Below are positions 1-12,089 of a stretch of 64,000 nucleotides of DNA, one piece after another; positions within the stretch are counted from its first letter, which is position 1; the number at the start of each line of letters is the position of its first letter. The notes below the pieces were generated by a model. The model searched no databases. It was not told the origin of the DNA and worked only from the letters and a program-made list of their open reading frames with translations. The DNA is from Sphagnum compactum (Eukaryota): the NCBI GenBank assembly GCA_965153455.1, contig OZ234493.1, positions 30,122,213-30,186,212 on the forward strand. The letters are read 5' to 3'. The position numbers and the translations under genes are program-made.

Positions 1-248
1 TAATCAAGGTTGTTTGGGACACTTTGCATCCCAGCTTCATGAGCAGCTTAGCAATCTGTTTGGAAGTGCTTCTATAGCAAGGAGATATCATCATGAAGCT
101 ACCAACAACCAGATTGAAATTTCATGTAGTTGTCCTGTGGCTGTTTCTGCACTCAGAAATTCTTCCATGTCAAGCATCTGAATGGAAAAACTCAGAAATT
201 CATCACAAAACATTGGTGGGATATTTGGTGCATTTTTTCAAACTGCAG

Positions 249-3200
249 GAATGTAAGAAGAGGGGTCTAAAGGTGGTTGTTGCGGGTATTCCAAAGACAA
301 TTGATAATGACATTGAAGTAAGTGGCACACACTTTTGCACACTCTAAGACTCAGCACTTAATGATTTTGGCTTTTGAGTTGGCAGAGATCTGTTTTAAGA
401 TTCTAAATCCTGAGTCTTAAACATCATGTGCTTGAATTGTGGGGTATATTCATTTAGATTTGCTGCAGAATAATAAAGGACAGCTAATTTGATTAGGTGA
501 TGGCACGATTTCAAACTGCTGAGAATTTGGAACATATGTCACCATTTCTTCAAGAATAGTAGACTGTTTTATATTGTATTTACAAAGTCCACACTGAATC
601 AAGTGGAGAGATAGGTCAAGCTTGTACATGTTTCTGTGGAGTTTCTGTCTGCAATCACAGTCATCCTTTGAAGTGTGGATGCCAAGCATCTGTATGTGTG
701 CAGGCCTCCATAGACTTTTGTACTGGATAACCCGACAATTCAAGAACATTTCTTGTCTGTGAAGCTCCACTCGTCATTCCTATTTCTCAATTTGGTTTTT
801 GGCATGGGTTGAATGTTACAGATTATAGACAAGTCATTTGGGTTTGACACAGCAGTGGAAGAAGCTCAACGTGCGATCAATGCAGCACACGTTGAAGCAG
901 AGAGCTTCCACAATGGTGTCGGCTTGGTAAAGCTTATGGGACGTTACAGTGGTGGGTGCCTTTCCTTAGTAGGAAATGCTTTTTCCTTGGTGAAAAGTCT
1001 GTGTGGTTTAAATGCTGGCACACTTTTGTAAAATGAACTGTAAGGGATTACTCCCTATTGTATCAATGCTAAGTGGGGAAAGTGTTTGGTGCAGGGTATA
1101 TTGCTATGCATGCCACTCTTGCTAGTCGTGATGTGGTATGTTTCACTCTCTCTCGTATGAATGTGGTTTGACTGTTCTATATCTCTTCTCCTGATTGCAG
1201 TACTGTCAGTTCTAATATTGTCCTACTAGATCTTCAAGCTTCTTTAGGATGATTTCCTCCCTCAGTTGTGCAGTGGACAACATGATTGTCTGGTCCTCCT
1301 AAGTTTTTGTCTATCCTGTCATATCCTCTTTTAGCCTGGATACACATTGGTTCTCTCTCTTTTCCTGTCTTCAAAGATCAATTGTTGCAAATAATGTGCA
1401 TATTGCAAAATAGTGAACACACTTTTCTTCCACCAACCTAGCAGATCTGTTTGGGAAATGGTCTGCCTTACATTCTTACCTTACTTGGGGACTTGGATTC
1501 CACGAGTGCAGGATTTATGCTTGATACCAGAAGTGCCATTTTACTTGGATGGACCTGGTGGGCTAAAAGAGTTTGCAAAGCAAAGGTTGCGTGAAAATGG
1601 ACACATGGTAATTGTGGTCGCAGAAGGTGCTGGCCAAGAGTTGATAGCAGAGACCATGGGTTCTTTGGACAAGCTCAGTGATGCCTCTGGAAATCGCTTG
1701 CTTCTTGATGTTGGTCTTTGGCTCTCCCAAAATCTGAAAGTATGTACACTTGACTGCCCAGTAATTTCTTTGCTAGCAAGTAAACTTTCACATCCATCAG
1801 TCATGGACAAAACAAATATTCATTAAATGCAAATGTAGCCTGTTTCATGCATATATTTACATTATCATTGTTGCAATATCAGGTTTTATCAGTTTTTGAC
1901 TTACTGATTTTGTCTTTTGCTGCAGAATCATTTTGTTAAGGAGTTTAAAGAGCCCCTCAACTTAAAGTACATAGGTAATATGAGCTGCTCAAATCTTCTG
2001 TTCACCAAGTTGCTTGCTAGCTGTAAGCAATAATGTATTAGAGCCTTGCTTGAGGAGTTCTTTGTATGGTGTTACAGATCCAACATACATGATTCGAGCG
2101 ATCCCTAGTAATGCATCAGACAATGTCTACTGCACCCTACTGGCCCACAGTGCCATCCATGGTGCAATGGCAGGGTACTGTGGTTTTACAGTTGGCCCTG
2201 TCAATAACCGTCATTGCTACATTCCTATCACTGTAAGTTCCTTACAAGAATTTCTGTGATGGTTACTATGTGTGTTTAATGCTGTGAAGAAGAGTACTCA
2301 GAGGATCCTGCAGGGTACATCTGTGCATTCAGAGAATTTTTTGGACATCAAGTGGCTCTTACTTGTGTGATGATTTTTGACCACAGATGCACAAATTTTT
2401 AGCAGAGGCTTTACCTTTTGAGATTCCCCTTATGCCTCCTTCCCAACTGATTCTTTACATGGCTTATTTTCCCCATCTGGCAGAGAGTGACAGCAACACA
2501 GCGACAGGTGAATATTGCAGACCGCATGTGGGCTCGTCTCCTATCATCAACAAACCAGCCTAACTTTTTGCGCTATAATAAGTACATGCAGCAACTACGT
2601 AAGCAGAATGCTTTGAAGCAAGCTTTGGAATCAGAGCAACATGTCACTGTTGCAAACTCCAACTCTGCACCATCTTCTCCATTATCCTCAACTGTAAGCA
2701 CCTATCAGCTATTTCCTCAAAGCTTTTTCCAGCATGAAGATAAGTGGTCAAAGACATAGATTGCTGTCCCTGGTCATTTGGCAAAAAGAAACATTAAAAG
2801 GGTTCTCTCCATAAAAAGTTCTGGTTTGCTGCAATGGATTCTGTATTCTACTCTTCACAAGCATCTTGGTGATAACTTCTCTAGAATGTGATGTGGATCC
2901 ACATGTGACTGGATCTAAGTTAATCTGCATCATGTGACTCTCCCAACCTTCTGGCCATATATAATCCATTGGAAAGAGGCTCTTCAAGAGGGATTTGTGG
3001 GTTCAAAACTGATGTCCAGTGTAATACTATTACTAACATGCAATCTTCAGTCAGTCTTAGCTATGTATTGCTTTCCTGGGTTGCAAATGGATGGGATGGT
3101 GCAGTCTAACCCCCAGAAAACACTGCTGGTCACATTCTCATGTGCAATTGTACTCACAGGATGGGAATGGAAATGGAAGTTCTAAGAGAGAAGATGAGGA

Positions 3201-3321
3201 ATCACCACGGATGGAGACAGGTGACAGGCAGTATGTGCCATTGGATAAAGAGGAGGCATCATTATTGACAACACCAGTACCTGGTGACCCGACTCAAATT
3301 CACAACCACACAGCTCCTTGA
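249..3321 (+). CDS. PFK: ATP-dependent 6-phosphofructokinase, 5'-partial (earlier exons lie upstream of the window). Exons 249-317, 822-951, 1095-1135, 1512-1739, 1926-1974, 2078-2232, 2484-2693, 3160-3321; alternative stop at 2759 if the last intron is retained
   Basis: Spliced translation gives plant PFK motifs: [123 protein letters not shown]. All introns are GT-AG with matching phases. The last exon is less certain. Confidence 0.95.
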
Positions 3322-5791
3322 TAACTTCTCTGAGGAAGTTGTACCCTACTGCAATGCCCTCATCAGTGAAGATATACAGAGTGTAATGCAGTTGAAATCA
3401 TGATTGAAGCTCTGGGCACTAGAACCTATAGACTTAAACCCCAGAACAAGAAAAGGGCTCTAGTCTACTCATAGATTCTCTACATTTTAGAACATTATGA
3501 CATTTCCAAGAAGTGCAGGAGGGTGTTCAATCATTGGAGCCTAGAAGAACCAAAACCAAATAGAAAATATCCTCATTGGTTACCTGTGGGATTATACTGG
3601 GCGCATTTTGAATTATGCTTATTAGAAGATAGCAGTTTAGCTAGCTAGTGAAACTTCTTCTTGTGGAGTTACTCTATGTTAGTACATCAGATTTCTAATT
3701 TCCTACTTAGTTCCAGGTATAGTCTTATCTATTGTCATCATTACAGGATCGTAGACCTGCATCTGATGATTCATTGCAGAACAGTAGTTTGGGTAAGAAG
3801 ATGGTAGTTTTGGTAAAAAGATGATTTCGTAGTGCACACCCTTTCTGTGGGGTTTGCTTGTACTAATACTATCTGGTAAATGGAATTAGAGGTTGGTTAA
3901 GAGTTTTGTTGGTGTCCTGAAAGTATTGGATCCTCTTTTATGGGTTTGATTTACTAAAACTAAGTGGTGTAATGATAATGAAGTTGGTTTGATGTTTTGT
4001 GATGTTTGAGGTATTTTGACAGGGCTTTCAAGGGCAAAGGAGGAAGAAGAAGGAAAGAAGAGGAAGTTTTGGAGGGAAAGGCCAGCCATGTGTGTTGCAT
4101 TCCTGCTGGATGCCTTTTGTCCCAGGCTGCATTTATGATTTTCTCAGAAGGCCAGTGGGAATGGTAAGCACTGAACTTCCTCAAAGGATTGTTATATGTG
4201 CTTTGCACCCTGTAAAACCTGACAGTTGAGTTGGGTTTCCAATGCTTTGGACTAACAAATCAGTTGAATGAAGGAATGACTTGCATTAGCAGCCAGCACA
4301 GGAATGGTATATTTTGTTGGTAATGAACACATCACTCGTTGATTAGTGTGCACTCCTAGTGCACTTGTTTAAAATAGCTAGTTCCTCTTGAGCTCTTCCT
4401 CACTAGAAGAGGAGGAAAATGTGAAACTAGACTTTCACATGATCACAGTCACAATAAAATGGCAACTTGTGATCCAATGTCATCCGCTGCTCATGAAACC
4501 CCTTTTGGTAGTAATTTGGGAGAAAATTGGATGTCTCACAGGCATTGATCTTCCTGCATATGGTTTGATGGTGCAAAATGTTTTGCCAAGTTTTGAATAA
4601 TTGGGAAAGGCTTTGACATGGGCTTTGTATATTTGGACACAAACAGCATGTTCTGTGTCTGAAGAAACTGGGCTGGAAGCACTGCAACAAAAGGCTCATC
4701 TTTTGTAACCTTATGGCAAGTTCCAACTTCAAACTAGCAAAGGAAAATGTTCCTTGAAGTTTCAGAAAAAAGAGTTAAACCAGCAAAAGAAAACCTGTTC
4801 CATAAAGTTCCCAAAATTTATCTTCAATTTAGGGCAACACACACCTGATGAACATTCCTCAATATGAAAACTACATTGTTTGGTAGTCTCTCTCCATTAT
4901 GGGAAGAGCTAATAACTGTGCAGGTTCTTGCATTTTGCTGGACTTCAATTTGAGCATAATTCTTAGGTATCTTTTCAATGAGCAGCTGTTGTATTTGTGT
5001 TCTAACTGTGTCCAATTACATTTTGCCCTGCTTCAATTTGAGCACCATTCTTAAGTATCTTTCAATCAGCAGTTTCCTCCATAGCACTGCACCTCTTGGA
5101 ATTAAAAAAAAGCTCCAACTTAATCAGTGGCCAAAAAGTAATTATCTTCAACACGACTATTCAACTCTCTAACTGAGCCCTTCCTGAAATAAGGGACCTA
5201 GGACAAGGTGATAATTATAGACACTAAAGTTACATTCACACATACACGTAAAGGCAATGGTAACATCAATGTAAGTTAAATCTGTTCATATTATATGTTC
5301 GCGAATCAATAAGTAGATTATGCAGCATGATTATCTGGTTCACTAAAAATTTGTGATATTAATTAGTGATAAAGTTTTGCTCCTAATTTCAAAATCTTCA
5401 AAAAGTGAAGATTCCCATGACTAACATCGTTGGCAAGTTATTGTGACCAAAGCATTACTAGTAAGTTCCTAATCTCTAGTGATGGTTATTGGATGCTCTC
5501 CTTCACACTTCGCATAGCACTCTTGTCCAACACCTTTGCACAATACCTTTACATAGAACTTACACAATGTTTTTTTGAAAAATCTTTTGCACAACACCAT
5601 AGAATTTTTGCACTGGCCCTTGCACAGAAATTTTCCATAGCACTTTCGCATGTGTCCCTTCTACAATCACAATAGCAAAGCATAAATTCATCGCATTCAA
5701 TTTGAGTTCAACAAGAAAAGATAGAGGATCAAAAGCTAAAGGTTCGAAAGATGGATCCAATAGCACCAATGCAACTTGTTAACACCGTGAC

Positions 5792-6135
5792 AATTGGGAT
5801 CACAACAAAATCCTCACACTCATCAAGTGCAAACAAGTTCAACATGCTACATAGAAGTAGATTGTGGATCCAAGAGTCCATATGATTTCTATTACATAGC
5901 ATTGGACCAAGATTGCAAACAAACTCCAAAAAGTGATCAATGTTCAAATAACATGGAATGGCAAGATGTGTAATGAAATGGGATGAATTCATAGTACAAG
6001 AAAATAATCAATTACCATAAAAGAACCAACCACAACACAAGTTTTTAGGATCTAATCATTGAAGAATGGGACAAGGTCCATTTGCATCAACAATTCAATC
6101 GAGAGTATTATGGAATGATTGAGGCATTTTAGGGT
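5792..6135 (+). mobile_element. Degenerate Myb/SANT-like (trihelix-type) DNA-binding ORF, probable PIF/Harbinger accessory-gene relic
   Basis: Translation NWDHNKILTLIKCKQ...DPRVHM...HWTKIANKLQK...NGKMCNE.WD...YKKIINYHK shows Trp-spaced trihelix helices, broken by stops and frameshifts and lacking introns. Confidence 0.5.
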
Positions 6136-7506
6136 GAAATAACCAACATGTCATTCGATATCAACAATACCTCTATATGCTTGCAAACGTATATAGGTGG
6201 AAATTACATGGCACCAACATCATAAATTGATATGTAAGAAGAACAAGATTTGGTACGACCATAGCATACTTTCTTCCAAGAGCTTTGAGATGATGATTAT
6301 GTTACAAAAAATCAAGTTGGAAATGAAGGAAATGTACATGTTTGGACGAATGTGATAAACATGGAGGACTTTTCAAAAAGTAATCAACTATCCTTTCATA
6401 AACTTGTTGGATGCTTCCACTCTACCATTAACAAAGTAGCTTCTAACAATGCTAGTTGCACCTAAAAGCATTGGGATCAAAAGAAAATGCACAAATATTT
6501 TATCCTTCATCATTGAAGCCATGGACAAAACAATCAAGTTTGAAGACTATTGCAACAAAGTTCAAGAACAACATCTCTAGTATTTGAAACTTCAAGATAC
6601 ATAAGAAAAGTGAAAATATTATGGTGAACATTCTCTTTAATTTGAGCACTACCATGTGTGGCACCTACATAAATGATGAAAATTTGATACCACACCCATT
6701 GAATTTCAAGTCAATATTGTTGAAAGAAGAATGACTAAATGACAATAAACAAAGGAGAAATTATGTACATAATAGTACAATTCAATTTTGATTCAAGTTT
6801 TAATTTGTAGTAAAACAAAACAATTGATCAAAACAATTTTGTTTTGATTAGATTCAAAAACACCTTTTCAAACCTATTTGAACTTTGAATTTTACAATGT
6901 TAATGTAATCTAATATGAAGCCTATTTGTAATAAATTGTTTTGAAAGGAAACATTGTGTTGTTTTTGAAACTTTGAACCTTATAACTCGGTTTTAATTTC
7001 AATTGCAGAATTCCCCTATTCATTAACTAATGTTTGAACACTAGAATGTGTGTTGTTGCCAATGTTTTTCAATTCCAAATGAATCATTAGATTGCATATG
7101 TCTAAGTCTTTCCATCTAAAACCATGTTGTATGGGATACAACAACAAATCACATCATGCCAGAAAAACACATGTAAAATTTTCATTAGCAATTTTTAAAT
7201 ATTTCCTTTAAATTTTTGAAACAATTTACAATTATGTTTCTACCTTTACAAAAATGTCTATTGAATAAAACTTCCAACATAACATGGCAAATTGTTCCCT
7301 ATTTGTGAGGGATCATTAACGAAGGTAATAATTGATAACCTTTATCACCTATAAGATATGGTTTAATGTCACCTAAGTCACCATAATAAAATTGAAATAG
7401 GTCCCCATGCGAAGTTTTTTAATGCAAAGCTAAATGTGCAAAATCCAAACATCATTCATTAACCTTGGCATTCCAATGAAGACATTTGTAGACTTCTTCT
7501 TATAAT

Positions 7507-7950
7507 TGTCATGGGCATAAGAACCATGAAAATGAACAATGAAAAAAAAAACCTAAATTTAAATCCAAACACATAACATAAAGCCAAAACAAAAAAATTA
7601 TTGTGATCAAACATAAACACAAAAAGAATATAATAAGGCTGTGGAACAAGATCGTACTTTAGATTAATGTTGAATATACTGAAAATAATAAAGGTCATAC
7701 CTCTATTTATACCCCTTTGGGAATCTAGCTCAAAAAGTTTCCATGTGCCCACCAACCAAGTAAACTTCTTAAGAAGCTTCCTAATTAGAATTAAGAGTTA
7801 ATTAGAATTTAAGTAAGAGTGAACTATGAATTAATTGTGAATCAACTATAAATTATTTAATAATGAACTAAAAATTAATCACAAGTCATTTAAGAATGAA
7901 CGAGTTAACTATAAATGTTTTATAAGTTAACTACAAATGGACTATTATAA
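7507..7950 (-). mobile_element. Degenerate copy of AT-rich solo-LTR family A (same family as 30948-32324 and 63881-64000)
   Basis: The reverse complement contains aaaggggtataaatagaggtatgacc and ends ggttcttatgcccatgaca, matching the TATA region and 3' end of the copies at 31-32 kb. The distal boundary is approximate. Confidence 0.6.
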
Positions 7951-10379
7951 AACCCCAATCATATGCATGAAACCCTAACAAAAATCTCAAAGTGTCCAAA
8001 AGAATTGGAGATAAGATGGATTCAAAACTACAACCTACTTGTAGGAACCACCACTACTTATAATAAAGAAACTTGACACTTTCAAAAGCTTGGTAAGATA
8101 AAACTAATAATCAATTTTCTTATAACCCTCATTATACAAATACAAAACATGCTTATTGTTTATGAAGTCATGAAAGGTAGCAGAAACATGAATATAAGAT
8201 AGATACATGCAAATCATGGTACATCCATTCATGAATGGCTTGTGCAAACCCAAAAAAAATGTGATGACAATGTAAATTGCAAAAGTAAAATAAAGGAATT
8301 TCCACATGTCAAAGACCTCATCCCCTTCATGCTTCCCTTTGCCATTATCATCCATTCCATTTATATTTCCAACAAGTTGTCTCTCTAAACCTTCACTGAA
8401 ATGTCTACCAAAACTTCCTCCTCTTATTATAATGACATCAACCATCTTCTAGCAAGTAAGCAAACACATTTTATGAACATTTTGCGTGAAAAAAAATCAT
8501 GGAAATGAAAGGATTTGTCAAATAAACAACCCTAATTCAACAATCATTCCATTTTCTATAAGTTTCGGTCATCCTTGTTAACTCATTCCTTTCTATAAGC
8601 TTTGAGAAGAGTTTCGACTAATTATGTATAATTTCACCCACAAGGCTCAAGAAGTTCAAAGCAAAAAAGGGTTCTACATCCATCCGCACATGTTTCAATA
8701 TTTTTCTTTAAGTGTGGAGGTGGGGTAGATTAGGAAGGGGGGAATGAAAGTGTTGAAACTAATAGTATGTGGTTTTCATGTGTCTCCCCCACCCTACCAA
8801 TTTAGATTGCAAAATTGTCAAGTTGATAGTCATATTATTGGACCCTTTACACGTTTCACTTCAAATTAGTTTCAATTATCAATGTCATTTAAATCAAAAA
8901 TTTAAATAATCATACATATATATATAAACATTCCGTATCCCTTTAAACATAACATTATTTTTTCCTTCTCTCACATGTGTCTTTTCATATCCTTCCTTTA
9001 CAACCTACCCTTCAATTTTTTGAAAGTCAAAAAATCCAAAAAAATTAGTTAATATTTCATTTCTCATTTTTGAAAATGGGTAGTTAAAATGCTTCGAGGC
9101 CAAAGCAAGGTCATGAGTTGTGATCTCCATCAAGTCTCATTCATAATGAATGGGGATTTGAAGTTGAAATCATGTTCAAATCAATAAAATTGAAAGGGCA
9201 TGAATGGGAATATTTTTGATTAAATAGAAAGAATATCATGACATAAAACTTTTTGGGTAAAAAAGTCTAAATGGATAATGATAAGAAGTCATTGATGTCT
9301 TCCATAATGCCTTCAAATGTGTGTAAATTTAGATTTAAACACATTTCATACATAAAAACAATATATATACATTGTTCAACTCAAGAAATTTCAATGGATA
9401 GTGGCATGTTCAATGTGCTTATTGCAACTAAGCATATTACATGATCAACAAGGCTTATTGTCTTATTTCCTTTCACCTTGTGACTATTGGAACCATAAAT
9501 ATGGTACAATGGTCAAAATATATTATTTCAACTTTCATTTTTTCATAATATTTATAAAAAAATTCCATAATAATTAGTTGGTGTTTTAAGAAATGCACTC
9601 CAATACAAAGCATATGATTATATAAATGCATGATTTATGTTTTTATATTGTATTGAAACTAAACTAAATATTGAAAATATGCAATTAGAAAAGTGAAAAT
9701 TGATATATGATATTTGATGTAAGACAAAAAAGTTACTACATGTGACCAAATGAAAAAAAATAAAAATCTAATGTCATTGTGATATTGGTATTTATTTCTT
9801 TAGAAATTAGTTTTTAGTGTATAGTTTTCAAATGCATATTTTCAATATATATTTCATGTATTTTGTTAATTGTGAACTTATGAAAAGATCAGGAAGTTAA
9901 AAAAATTGATCAAAAATATTTTGTTGCATTGTTTGGTGGTTTCAAATAATTCATAAACTAGATGATCCAACAAATAAATACTAACAATGGTTTGTTTAAG
10001 TTTGTTAAATACACTTATTATAACCACTAGGTGAGAAAAAGTCTGGAATTAAAGTTATTATCAATTAAATAACCCATAAATAATTGTTTTCTAATCCTTT
10101 GTATGTAGTTTTGGTTGCATGTTTTTTAATTATTTTTTATTTGATTCACTTTGTATGTTTTTTTGATGAGACATTTATTTTTATTTTTTTTATTCCATTA
10201 TTTTCAGTTGGTCCCTTTACAATTTTTGGTAACAATATTATGTTTTAATAGAAAAAACTCAGTTGCTTGAATATAATTTTCAAAGTTGCACATTTTCAAT
10301 TCAGTTTTTATTGAATTATTTATTTTTCAGATCACTTGTACTTTTAAAAATCTTCATCATTAGATACATACCATCAGCA

Positions 10380-10660
10380 AAAAAAAATTCCAATTTTTTG
10401 AGTTCATATCATTGGCTAGCATTCCAAGAGGGATGTAGCATTAAATAGTTTTTTAAAAAAACCAGTTTAAAAAAATGCTAGCAAACCAAAACCAGACTCC
10501 AAATGTGATGAAATGTTTTACCCCAAAAAAAAAATCTTTCAAAATTTGATAAAATATTTTTCCAAAAAAAAGGGATATTGCAACAAAATATTCCCTTTTT
10601 TCTTTTTCTTTTTTTTTGGGAGGGGGGGGCATAGTCGCAAATTTTCACACAAAAAGAAAA
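10380..10660 (+). repeat. Short interspersed repeat; an inverted copy lies at ~45050-45330
   Basis: Shared blocks (cattggctagcattccaagaggga; ccaaatgtg..aaa; aaattttc.cac.aaaa) are the reverse complement of 45050-45330. Confidence 0.5.
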
Positions 10661-11099
10661 GAAAGGTTGCGAAAATCCATTCCATTTTATTAGTGGTGTT
10701 ACGATTGTTATGTTATTTCGTGCCATGTGTTTTCATACTTTTATTTGCCTTCTACTTCTTGGGGATGGGTTCCCATGCTAGCCTTTTATTTATTTATTTA
10801 TTTTGTTTTTAAAAAAAATTATATCTACTTATATATATATATATATATATGGGGTTTTTCTTCTTTGAAGTGTGGAAAGGAGGAAAAGAAAGGTACATCA
10901 CATCCACAAGCAGGTGGAAGAGAAGAAGGGATAGGTAACATAAAGAGGGCAAGCAGGTGAACTAAACCAAAGAAGTCATCACAATTGAGTTAGCCTTAAC
11001 CCTAATTAAGTCAGGCTGGAGATTTTTTGGAATCTTTAAAAAGCCTCAGTGTAAAGCAGCAGCCCCAAAGTTCCATACAACTGGTTGTTTCCTGTTCTT

Positions 11100-11875
11100 T
11101 TATCCTTTTGTTTTTTTTTTTTTTTTTGGTTTTTGGGATTTTTCTGTTTCGCTCGTTTTTGGTTTTGGGCTTTTTTTTTGTAAAACAATTTGGTTATTTG
11201 GGTTTCTGGGTTATTTTGTTTTGTTGGCTATTGGTGGTTTTGGGCTTTTTTGGGGGGGTTGGTTTCTTTGATTTTTGGGGTGGCTTTTTTTTATTATTTT
11301 TTGGGTTGGTTTTGGATCTTTGGGTGTTAGTTCTGCTAGTTTTTGGGTTAGTTATTGGGGGGTTCTTTTCTTTTTTTTTTGCCCTTGTTGGGTTGGTTTT
11401 TTGGGGTTTTTGCTTTTGTCGGTTTTGGATTTTTGGGGGGTTAGTTCTGCTAGTTTTTGGGTTAGTTATTGGAGGTTTTTTTTTTTTTTTCTGTTTTCCT
11501 CCCCTTTTTGGGTTGGTTTCTTTGGTTTTTTGGGTTTTTGTTTTGGTTGGTTTTGAATTTTTGGGGGTTAGTTCTGTTAGTTTTTGGGTTAGTTTTTGGG
11601 TGTTTTTTTTTGCCCTTTCTGGTTTGGTTTCTTTGGTTTTTTGGGGCTAGTTCTGCTAGTTATTGGGTTTCTTTTTCTTTTTGTGTTGGTTTCTTTGGTT
11701 TTTTGGGGGTTATTTTTTCTTTTTTTTTGGTTTTGGATTTTGGGGGGTTAGTTCTGCTAGTTTTTGGGTTATTGGGGTTTGGGGGGAGGGGGGGTCTCGT
11801 TGGCTGGTTTCTTTTGGGTTATTGGGGTTTTGTTGGGTTTTTGTTTTTGGCTTTTCTTTTGTTTGTTTTTGGCTT
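11100..11875. repeat. T/G-rich degenerate minisatellite / low-complexity tract upstream of the Toc159-family gene
   Basis: The core (t)tagttctg(c/t)tagtt recurs at ~11327, 11441, 11568, 11647 and 11748, with 79-127 bp spacing, within a tract that has very few A or C. Confidence 0.8.
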
Positions 11876-12089
11876 TTCCCTGGAGCTTGGGGATAGAACG
11901 CCTTCAAGTAAGTATTGGGGGATTGTGGTGGGTTTTTCCATACAAGAGAAGAGGGAGATTAGTGTGCGTGGTGGCTGTGGAGGGTTTTTGCGTTCCTTAC
12001 TTTCTGTTGGCGGATGGCAGGAGAGCTTGAGGAAAATCAAAGTTTATAGCAAGCTGGTTGCGGCGGAAGAAGGAAGGAAGGGGGGAGCA

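Noticed and set aside
11027-12089. Multi-pass membrane protein ORFs (11027-11650 and the N-terminal 207 aa of 11469-13211)
   Set aside because: Non-ATG starts; the F/L/G/V composition follows from the T/G-rich repeat lacking stop codons. The first credible ATG is 12090.
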